A stretch of 64,000 bases of DNA, taken from positions 1,116,001 through 1,180,000 of the forward strand of contig OY986949.1 in the NCBI GenBank assembly GCA_963920595.1. The letters run 5' to 3'. How positions within the stretch are numbered: the first letter of the stretch is position 1; each line of letters begins with the position of its first letter. The notes below the pieces were generated by a model. That model saw nothing but the letters and a program-made list of their open reading frames with translations. It ran no database searches and was not told the origin of the DNA. Origin of the DNA: Eimeria praecox. Taxonomy: Eukaryota. Below, one piece after another: positions 13,401-21,035 of this stretch. Made by a program: the position numbers and the translations under genes.

Positions 13401-13899
13401 AAGGGCTAGTACTGAACACGTAATGTTGCACACATACCAAATAAAGAGCAGAGTTATAGCTAAACCCGGAAGCGGGCATCTTTGAACGCTTGGATTTAAT
13501 GTATTTATAGACTATCCAATGCATCCTAAAACGAAAAATATGGTCTCTCCCGATGGAGTGCCGATGATCTCCTGCAAGCATCGTGCCCGTCCAAGTTGGA
13601 CAGCATGATTGGAAGTAGGCCTGTTCGGCTGCAGTAGTGTTTGGAGGAGGCCGAAATGAAAAATTCTAAAAGCTAAGCTGGCTTATTATCCGATAACTTT
13701 TTAACGCTTTGGCAGAGAATTATTCACACGACAACCCCAGGCATGCGGGGCTTCGGCCCATGGGGCTTGCCTGGGACGACGGGGCAAAGGGGCAGCAGCC
13801 ACTTCGCCATGTCCTAGTCCTTCATCGCGACTCCTGTGAAGCTGTGAATGTCTGCCCACAGCGCACTTTGTTGCCCTTTGGAAGCTTCGGTACAGGAAG

Positions 13900-15865
13900 A
13901 TGGCGTTCGTTAAAGCAATAAAGAACAAAGCCTACTTCAAGCGCTTCCAGGTCAAGTACCGCAGGCGCAGGGGTAAGCCTCAGCTGCTGTGACAATTGAG
14001 AGCAATCAGTCACGGCGTGTGGGCCACATGAAGCTCAATCCGCAGTGAAAATTACATGTAATCGTTTTTCTTGAGGTGTAGAGGCGCCTTTGCCCCCCTT
14101 TGTTCCGTACTTCTTTCATCGACACCATGCCGGGACAACCTCAGTTGTGGGGAGGCGGCGCTGGGATGTTTTTCTTCTGTGAATTGCTTGCTTGCAGAAA
14201 TCCATTTGAATTTTCACGGTGTTTGATGCCCCTTTTGCGTACTTCTTACATATTTGAGTGCGAATGTTGGTGCCCTGCGTCTCCATGCTGGGTGCATCAT
14301 GCATTTCGGTTCTTCTTGACATGATGCGCTTCCGTATTGACAACTGCTGGATTCTGGGGGTTTGCCACTACCTAGAGTGGGGTTCTGGCTGCACGCAGTT
14401 GCTTTCCGAAAGACATGGCGCGCGTCTGGCTTTCTAAGTGTCAGCGCTCTGCTGCGCTTAGTCCTACGGGCGCATAGAAGTCCTTCGGCAGAATCACTGT
14501 GGCGACTTAAACCGACGCTCGATCAGAGGCGATGATTTCTGGTCATTTCGTAGACGAGCGCCGACCTGTCTACGCCAACATTCCAGCTTTTGGAGGTAGT
14601 GCCTTTTTTTTAGAGCTTGATAGTAGGCAACTTATGCGTCAATGGATTTTACTTGTTCATGTCTGTTTTGCAGAGGGGAAGACGGATTATGCTGCGCGGA
14701 GGCGATTGACTCTTCAGGATAAGAACAAGTACAATGCGCCTAAGTATCGCTTTGTTGTGCGCGTGACCAACACGCGCGTGCTCTGCCAGGTGATGTACGC
14801 TACAATGCAAGGAGACAGGCTTGTATGCAGCGCCGACTCTAAGGAGCTTACTCGTTACGGAATTAAGGTCGGGCTAACGAACTATTCGGCAGCCTATGCA
14901 ACCGGTCTTCTACTTGCACGGAGACTCTTAAAGCAGGTAAATTATGGGGTGGTAAATGCGCAGCCATAAAGGGAAAAAGGGGGGTGTTTTGCTGGAAACG
15001 AGTTATTCCTCTTGTGTGTGTGGCGTTCACTACTGGCTTATTCAGAAGGGATTGGCAGACGAGTTTGTTGGCGTTGAGAAGCCCACTGGCGAGGAGTATC
15101 ACATTGAGGAGGTATCCGAGGAGCGTCGCCCATTTAAATGCGTTCTGGATGTAGGGATTGTATCTACTACCGTTGGTACGTTGCACGCATCGTAAAGCCT
15201 TGCATATCAGGGGTTCTGTTTTAAAGGCGCTGCTGCTAACAAACGCCCTGCTCCGCTCAATTTGTGTGATCTTCCAGGTAACCGAGTCTTTGGTGCTATG
15301 AAGGGGGCGTGTGATGGAGGGTTGCACATTCCCCACAGCAACAAACGTTTCCCTGGATTCACAAAGGGCGAAGAAGGCGCTGAGGATTCCTACAATCCTG
15401 AGGTACACCGTGCGCGTATTCACGGGCTGCATGTTGCCGAGTATATGCGCACTCTGAAGGAGGAGGATCCAGAAAGGTACCAGACTCAGTTCTCTGCTTA
15501 CATCCGCAATAAAGTGGATGCTGACAACATCGAGAAGATGTACCAAGAGGCATTCCAGAAGATCCGCGCCAACCCAGATCCAGTCAAGAAGGAGGCGAGA
15601 GAGGTCAAGAGAGTCCGCCAGGGTGCCATGATCAAAACTGCCAAGTCCCAATACGTACGCAACGTCAAGCTTGACAAGGAGACAAGGAAGGAGCGCGTTC
15701 TGAAGAAGGTAAGGGTAGTGTGGGACATCGACTGCATCAGTCAGTGGTATTCTGGTTTTCGCCCGTTCTTCCCTTTTGGGGTATGTATCCTGATGCGCTG
15801 TTGCGTGTTGTGGTGTGTCTTCTCAGATTCAAATGGTGGCGGAAAAGATGGCAGAGGATGCGTAA
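13900..15865 (+). CDS. RPL5: 60S ribosomal protein L5 (uL18); exons 13900-13972, 14674-14936, 15046-15175, 15278-15708, 15827-15865
   Basis: Spliced translation [36 protein letters not shown]...[18 protein letters not shown]...[21 protein letters not shown]...[13 protein letters not shown]. All introns are GT-AG with consistent phase. Confidence 0.96.
14420..14583 (+). ncRNA. Intronic box H/ACA snoRNA in RPL5 intron 1 (predicted guide for the LSU site equivalent to yeast Psi2975; snR42/ACA27-like)
   Basis: Hairpin 1 (GCGTCTG/CGGGCGC), H box ATAGAA at 14474-14479, hairpin 2 (TGGCG/CGCCA, CGCTCG/CGAGCG), ACA at 14578-14580. Pocket arms ACCTGTCT and AAAC pair around LSU AGACAGGU-U-A-GUUU, 14 nt from ACA. 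Identical copy at 28534-28697. Confidence 0.8.
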
Positions 15866-16394
15866 TCGCTTCCGACACTGGCAACTGTGCTATAATTATA
15901 CGCGAGTTGCTGGGAGACTGTTCTGTATTTTGGGCAATTGGCCGACCGCTAGGCTATAGTTTTGCACCACCGGCCCGATTGCAATGTTTTCCAAACTAAT
16001 TTCAACTCCATAAGTCTTTGATACGATGCAAACAGCACTGGTGGGGCTGACCAAGCATTATTTTTTTTCTGCTGTGCATTAGCATTTGTCTGTGGTGAAT
16101 GCTGCTGCGCAGCTAGGACAAATATTGTCTTCGAGCTAAGCTACTTCGCTCGCGAGTGGATCTGCGTGAACTTTCGTGCTCCAAGGGTGTGTTTTTCTTG
16201 ACACCTCCAGTATCTCCTCCACGTGCTGTTTTTGTGCCGTGGGCGGTCGTGTGGTAGGTGAGATGAAAGCTTCACGGACGATGCATAGTTGAATGCAAGC
16301 ACAGCTGTCAAAGCAATATGCTTGGATTCTGGAACGCGCCGTGCATATTCTTTAAAGCGTGATCAGATGCCAGCAACTTCCACATATGCAGCGT

Positions 16395-16474
16395 ATGATG
16401 ATTGTTGAGCTCTTGACACCTCTTGATAGCACTTCCAAAGTGCACTGTTCGGTAACCTCAACTTTCTCTACTGA
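16395..16474 (+). ncRNA. Box C/D snoRNA, U60/snR48-like variant 1 (guide to LSU GAGGUGUCA)
   Basis: C box ATGATGA, guide TGACACCTC, internal stem GTTGAG/CTCAAC, D box CTGA at 16471-16474. Copy at 30226-30305. Confidence 0.7.
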
Positions 16475-16614
16475 TCCACGCTGCCACCCTAACATTTCCG
16501 ATGGGGTGTTGAACGGGAGGACAAACCTGCTTACCCTAGTCCGCCGCTGGCAACTGATATGCATTGCCGTGGTTGAAGATGGTTCTTGCTGCCTTAAACT
16601 TATCCTATCCAGCC

Positions 16615-16694
16615 GTGATGATAAACTTCTTTCCCCATCGGAAGCGCCTTAACGCTAGAAAGGAGATGGCGAACGAATTCGAAACTGTTTCTGA
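16615..16694 (+). ncRNA. Box C/D snoRNA, SNORD12/snR190-like (guide to LSU GGGGAAAGAAG)
   Basis: C box GTGATGA, guide CTTCTTTCCCC, D' CGGA, D box CTGA at 16691-16694. Copies at 21182-21261, 24476-24555, 27770-27849 (C box AAGATGA) and 30446-30525. Confidence 0.85.
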
Positions 16695-16754
16695 CTGGCC
16701 TTACATGTTGAAGGGATGTGTAACCATGCTTTTGCTCTGCTCGTTGCCTATTGG

Positions 16755-16819
16755 AAGATGAGATGCGTTTTCCACAGACCTGTTCTGAATACAACTAAAT
16801 GTGGATGCGAAAACTCTGA
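16755..16819 (+). ncRNA. Box C/D snoRNA, U25/snR56-like (SSU Gm1428-equivalent)
   Basis: C box AAGATGA. The 12-nt guide CACAGACCTGTT is complementary to SSU AACAGGUCUGUG and lies directly before D' CTGA (16785-16788); the D+5 rule selects the G of AACAG. D box at 16816-16819. Copies at 18028-18092, 21322-21386, 24616-24680, 27907-27971, 30586-30650. Confidence 0.9.
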
Positions 16820-16878
16820 CTTGAATAGGTTATGATCAAGTTGCTGCAGTGTGCAGTCGTTGCTATCTGTGTGCCTTA

Positions 16879-16963
16879 AGGATGAACTAAGTTCTACAAT
16901 CACGACGGTCTGCGGAAGGCTTGGGTCTTAACCTGAGCAGTGTCGAGAGTAGAACGATTCTGA
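16879..16963 (+). ncRNA. Box C/D snoRNA, U35/snR73-like (LSU Cm2959-equivalent)
   Basis: C box AGGATGA, guide TCACGACGGTCT (16900-16911) complementary to LSU AGACCGUCGUGA, D' CGGA, internal stem GTTCTAC/GTAGAAC, D box CTGA at 16960-16963. Copies at 18152-18236, 21446-21530, 24740-24824, 30710-30794; truncated copy at 28031-28109. Confidence 0.88.
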
Positions 16964-17057
16964 AGAGAAGCGTACATAGTTGTTGTGCGAGTTGTTCGTC
17001 GTGTAGGCGACCGGATTGTGCAAATTCAGTTGCCGAGCTCATAGTCTGAATTCACAC

Positions 17058-17209
17058 TCAGCGTGTAGCTGTTGCCTTCCCTATGTGGGTTGGTCTGTGT
17101 GCATTCAAGCGTCCACGCTCGGAAAAAAGAGCCTTTCCTCTCGTTCGCAGCGCATTAGGTGTCGCTTGACACTAACGTTGTGCGTTGCATCCATAAGGTC
17201 AGGACAACC
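17058..17209 (+). ncRNA. Box H/ACA snoRNA (3' pocket guides LSU AUGGA-U-UAACGAGA; human 28S Psi3801/ACA54-like site)
   Basis: 5' hairpin AGCGTG/CACGCT, H box AAAAAA at 17123-17128. The 3' hairpin has upper stem GCAGCGCA/TGCGTTGC and pocket arms TCTCGTT and TCCAT, 14 nt from ACA at 17204-17206. Copies at 18331-18482, 21625-21776, 24919-25070, 30889-31040. 5' end approximate. Confidence 0.78.
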
Positions 17210-17285
17210 TCCAGAAGCAGACTAGTAGTGTATGTTGTGGGTGTAGACCTTTGTTTTCGTGTGATTGTACTGCGGAGATGCTTTA

Positions 17286-17363
17286 GTGATGACCTATTAG
17301 ACCATCAAATTCCGAGGGTCTACGGATCCGTGGGGAGAATATTTAACTGCTTACCAAATCTGA
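17286..17363 (+). ncRNA. Box C/D snoRNA with a guide to LSU UUUGGUAAGCAG
   Basis: C box GTGATGA; 12-nt guide CTGCTTACCAAA one nt before D box CTGA at 17360-17363. Copies at 18559-18636, 21853-21930, 25147-25224, 31117-31194. Confidence 0.82.
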
Positions 17364-17884
17364 CGTAGAGTAGAGCGAATGAGCATGTAGAGGCTTATGT
17401 AGATATGTGCCAATGACGATATACTCAGCGCAGCACGTTACAAATTCATGAGCAGTGCGTGCGGTAATATCCGTTCGCTGCGCGTGTCAGTAGGCGTGCA
17501 ATATCGCGTACGAGGGATTTAGTTGGAGCCTGGGTTACCAGACTGCGAAGTCTGGTGTTTTCTTTTCAGTGTTCCCGTTCCCCCCTTGCAAACTAGCAAA
17601 GCTGATAAGGTATTATCGGATAGACTTCTTACCAGAGAATAAATGGTAGCAAGGTAGTGCCCGTTTACCAAGAGCCCACGTTTTATTCTTTGCACACTGT
17701 GCGTGGGTGTTTCATTGGCCTCGGGCGGAGATTGCCAGCATGCCTTTTGCTTATCGTGGACTTCCGCAAACAACGATGAGCTTCGCTGCATGCTTAAAGC
17801 TGATTGCGTAGCTGAGGATGCTGGGTATGCTTGTGTGCTGGCGAACGGTTTGTTATAATAGATGTGCGTTGCTTTTTAGGGTTG

Positions 17885-17957
17885 TTGATGAAATCTTTTG
17901 GTAACCTATGAGCTCTAGTACAGCTTCATGAGGTCTGTGTCAACATGAGATTGCTGA
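17885..17957 (+). ncRNA. Single-copy orphan box C/D snoRNA candidate
   Basis: C box TTGATGA, D'-like ATGA, C'-like ATGAGG, D box CTGA at 17954-17957, flanked by a GGGT/ACCC terminal stem. No guide target recognised. Confidence 0.5.
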
Positions 17958-18688
17958 TACCCATGTTCATGGAAATATAACCTACATGTTTGCGTAGGCA
18001 ACACTCCTTTCGCCGACTACCTGTTGGAAGATGAGATGCGTTTTCCACAGACCTGTTCTGAATACAACTAAATGTGGATGCGAAAACTCTGACTTGAATA
18101 GGTTATGATCAAGTTGCTGCAGTGTGCAGTCGTTGCTATCTGTGTGCCTTAAGGATGAACTAAGTTCTACAATCACGACGGTCTGCGGAAGGCTTGGGTC
18201 TTAACCTGAGCAGTGTCGAGAGTAGAACGATTCTGAAGAGAAGCGTACATAGTTGTTGTGCGAGTTGTTTTTCGTGTAGGCGACCGGATTGTGCAAATTC
18301 AGTTGCCGAGCTCATAGTCTGAATTCACACTCAGCGTGTAGCTGTTGCCTTCTCTATGTGGGTTGGTCTGTGTGCATTCAAGCGTCCACGCTCGGAAAAA
18401 AGAGCCTTTCCTCTCGTTCGCAGCGCATTAGGTGTCGCTTGACACTAACGTTGTGCGTTGCATCCATAAGGTCAGGACAACCTCCAGAAGCAGACTAGTA
18501 GTGCATGTTGTGGGTGTAGACCTTTGTTTTCGTGTGATTGTACTGCGGAGATGCTTTAGTGATGACCTATTAGACCATCAAATTCCGAGGGTCTACGGTT
18601 CCGTGGGGAGAATATTTAACTGCTTACCAAATCTGACGCAGAGTAGAGTGGATGAGCATGTAGAGGCTTATGTAGGTGGGTGCCCAGG

Positions 18689-18756
18689 ATGATGAAACCT
18701 TTGTTCTACCATCTTTCGGGGCATAATTATATTTGCTGAGGACGTAAAGTTTCTGA
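18689..18756 (+). ncRNA. Box C/D snoRNA, snR39B/SNORD2-like (LSU Gm805-equivalent)
   Basis: C box ATGATGA, 13-nt guide ACCATCTTTCGGG (18708-18720) complementary to LSU CCCGAAAGAUGGU, degenerate D' CATA, C'-like CTGAGGA, D box CTGA at 18753-18756. Copies at 21983-22050, 25277-25344, 31247-31314. Confidence 0.85.
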
Positions 18757-18806
18757 AAGCTGGGCCTACCACATATCTATTTGCTTTCTAATTTCTTAGC
18801 AAAGCC

Positions 18807-18914
18807 TTGATGAAACTGAGTATCTAGGAAGTGCCGTCTGAATGCGATTTGCCATGGGCAGTTCTTGCTTATGCGCGAACTTGCCTATTGGCGCATGCGG
18901 ATTGATATCTCTGA
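18807..18914 (+). ncRNA. Box C/D snoRNA, U49 (SNORD49)-like
   Basis: C box TTGATGA. Element TAGGAAGTGCCG (18825-18836) is complementary with one mismatch to LSU CGGCUCUUCCUA and matches the element I recall in U49. D' CTGA, internal hairpin GGGCAG/TTGCCT, D box at 18911-18914. Copies at 22101-22208, 25395-25502, 31365-31472. Confidence 0.82.
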
Positions 18915-19184
18915 GCAGGCTGCATTGCTTTCCGTGAATGCATTTAATTATGCTCTCAGTGTAGCACGTTGCAAATTCATGCGCAGTGCCTGCGGTAGTC
19001 TCCGTTCGCTGCGCGTGTCAGTAGGCGTGCAATATCGCGTACGAGGGATTTAGTTGGAGCCTGGGTTATCAGACTCCCAAGTCTGGTGCTTTCTTTTCAG
19101 TGTTCCCGTTCCCCCCTTGGAAATTAAAAAGATCATCGTGTTTGTGAAGGAGCACATGTGAATGTCTTCAACGCTGTGTGCGCG

Positions 19185-19260
19185 AGGATGAAACTGTACT
19201 GCCACCGCTGAATCTTGTGGTGAAGAGACAGTGAAAATAATCCATCAAATAAACTGCTGA
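19185..19260 (+). ncRNA. Box C/D snoRNA with a guide to LSU GGUGGUAGUA (U24 target region)
   Basis: C box AGGATGA, guide TACTGCCACC (one G-U pair) before D' CTGA at 19208-19211, C'-like GTGAAGA, D box CTGA at 19257-19260. Copies at 22479-22554, 25773-25848, 31743-31818. Confidence 0.72.
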
Positions 19261-19499
19261 ATGCCGCAAACATACTACGGACGATTGAGCAAATGATTTA
19301 TATTTATACATTGGGTAGCATGTGGTAGCCGCGAAGATGGTCAGGCAGCCGCAGATTGCCTTTTGGCTACGATTGCGCCCGCCTATTACCCATTCGCGGC
19401 AGATGAATGTCGCCTTTGGTGTATGCTTTGGTTGGACAGTCATTGGGCTTGTCGCAAGAGCCAGAGCATTTTCTGAAGTCGCACATGTTTTGAGCGTCG

Positions 19500-19579
19500 G
19501 CCCTTCATGTTCACTTTATATGCGAGGACATCGGAGATGGTGGAGTTGCATTTATAGACAAGAGAGGGCAAGGACAAAT
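19500..19579 (+). ncRNA. H/ACA-type hairpin candidate (pocket complementary to SSU 5' end CUUGUCUCAAAG; human Psi34/Psi36 region)
   Basis: Lower stem GCCCTT/GAGGGC, upper stem ATATGC/GCATTTAT, arms CTTT and GACAAG, ACA at 19574-19576. No canonical upstream H box seen. Confidence 0.5.
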
Positions 19580-19592
19580 GAGTCTGGCAAAT

Positions 19593-19669
19593 ATGATGAC
19601 TATCTTAGGACACCCATGACGCTTGCCTGGCGCTGCGTATGAATTCCCAAGCATATTCGTACTGCCTGA
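19593..19669 (+). ncRNA. Double-guide box C/D snoRNA: U58-like guide plus U41/snR51-like guide
   Basis: C box ATGATGA. Guide 1 ATCTTAGGACACC (19602-19614) before D' ATGA pairs with LSU GGUGUCCUAAG. Guide 2 TATTCGTACTG (19654-19664) before D box CTGA pairs with LSU CAGUACGAAUA. Copies at 22887-22963, 26181-26257, 32151-32227. Confidence 0.9.
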
Positions 19670-19734
19670 AGAGCCACGCTTTTAGGGTTTGTGTTTTCTG
19701 TAGTTGTCTTTTTCACATGGTCCGCCGCATTCGT

Positions 19735-19795
19735 AGGATGATCTTCACTTTGGTCTGTGTTTCTGAAAACAATTTGAAGTTACTTACTTTTCTGA
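19735..19795 (+). ncRNA. Box C/D snoRNA candidate (possible guide to LSU GAAUACAGACC)
   Basis: C box AGGATGA, GGTCTGTGTT before D' CTGA at 19763-19766, C'-like TTGAAG, D box CTGA at 19792-19795, terminal stem GCATT/AATGC. Copies at 23029-23089, 26323-26383, 32293-32353. Confidence 0.68.
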
Positions 19796-19853
19796 GAAAT
19801 GCTGCGGCATGCATTGCTTTCGTATACAGCGAGTTTCTCTCTTATGGAATAAG

Positions 19854-20000
19854 TGCCCTTCTCTGGGTATGGCGGCGCCGTCTGTGTAGTCGGTGCTGTA
19901 GCCAAATCACGGGGGGCTAAAGAGAGCTGTGGCCTTCGCGTTAATCGCAGCGAACCCGAAAGGTTGTGGGTGATAGCTGTTTCATGCCGCGTTGACAGTT
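19854..20000 (+). ncRNA. Box H/ACA snoRNA candidate (5' pocket: LSU Psi2191-equivalent, snR32-like; 3' pocket: SSU GUGAAAC-U-GCGAA)
   Basis: Hairpin 1 GCCCTT/GGGGGC has arms CTGGGTA and AATCAC pairing around GUGAUU-U-C-UGCCCAG. The hinge AAAGAGA is a non-canonical H box. Hairpin 2 TGTGGC/GCCGCG has arms TTCG and GTTTCA; ACA at 19995-19997. Copies at 23148-23294, 26442-26588 and about 32410-32556. Confidence 0.65.
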
Positions 20001-20759
20001 TCCACTTTCTAATGCTGTTGGGGGCTGGGGCATGCGGTGCCTGGTCTTGAACAAGGACTTGTAAGTCTTCCGGCATGTCCCGTGGCGTTCCTTGCCATAG
20101 TCTCGCCATACCTGTATGTGTGAATGACCACAGTTAGCCTAGCTTGGTCAGAAGCGGTTTGCGTTATTTCCGCATTTGTCGCTCTTGTAGTGCTAGGGAT
20201 AGCATTTCCGCATGCCTTCCCGTCTGTCCTTTTGATTGGGCCTTTTTCTGACGCCCTGGACAGCCCGGCAGCTCGGTACAGCTATTCGCTTTCAAGCATG
20301 TGAATATGATAATTGCTGTACTTCCTTCCCTGCGAACACAACTATTGTTGTTCGAGGGCAACTCCTGCTTAATCCATAGCTGTAGGATCTGTAGTATTAT
20401 GGTGCTGTCTTTAGGGAAACAGGAAGAATGATTTTGCTTGTTAGTGCTGAATGCTTGTTATAGTTCCGTAGTTTTTGTAGTCTACATTGAAGTGCCTTTT
20501 ACTGCAGCCTTGTGCTGAACAGTTGTCCTGAACAAGCTCGAGCTCATTTCTACTTAGTGGCGGCGTGTGTAGTGAATGAGCGGTGATTCGAATATTCCCC
20601 CACTTCAGCGCATGATGCAGTCGTTTGAAGACCGCTTTTGCAAGACATGCACCAGCGTATGCGAGGCTGCAGTACTTATGGTGGGTGGAGGAGGTAGAGG
20701 AAGTGGTGAACGTACAATGCTGGTCATGATTCGCTTGTTGAACGAAGCTTCGCATGCTA

Positions 20760-20824
20760 GGGATGATTGCAATGCTACTTCGGGTAATTTGCATCTGAAT
20801 AACTGATGTCAGCATTGTGTCTGA
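20760..20824 (+). ncRNA. Box C/D snoRNA, U16/snR87-like (SSU Am436-equivalent)
   Basis: C box GGGATGA, guide GGGTAATTTGC (20782-20792) complementary to SSU GCAAAUUACCC, D' CTGA at 20795-20798 (D+5 selects the first A), internal stem CAATGCT/AGCATTG, D box at 20821-20824. Copies at 24054-24118, 27348-27412. Confidence 0.86.
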
Positions 20825-20964
20825 ATGCACACGCGCTTCGAAGCTTTTGACTGTCCATATTTACGCGCCCATATAGTTGTGTTCCAGTGGGGAGTTGGCA
20901 AATGTATAGAGCGCAGTGGAGCATTCCTTTGTGCGGCATCAAAGTTTGCATGCTGCCAGCCAGC

Positions 20965-21035
20965 GGGATGAAAGAAGCACCTGACACCTCTAAGGTGAAG
21001 TAACTCTAATGATCAGGAAATGCTTCTTCTACTGA
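20965..21035 (+). ncRNA. Box C/D snoRNA, U60/snR48-like variant 2
   Basis: C box GGGATGA, guide CTGACACCTCTA (20981-20992) complementary to LSU UAGAGGUGUCAG, internal stem AGAAGCA/TGCTTCT, D box CTGA at 21032-21035. Copies at 24259-24329, 27553-27623. Confidence 0.82.

Noticed and set aside
17135..17144. TTCCTCTCGT complementary to the sarcin-ricin loop (ACGAGAGGAA)
   Set aside because: The same bases form the lower stem and 5' pocket arm of an H/ACA hairpin with a canonical bipartite match to another LSU site. Probably coincidental.
19400..19476. C/D-like cassette CAGATGA...CTGA
   Set aside because: Weak C box and only a short, wobble-dependent match to LSU AGUGCUCUG; insufficient for a call.
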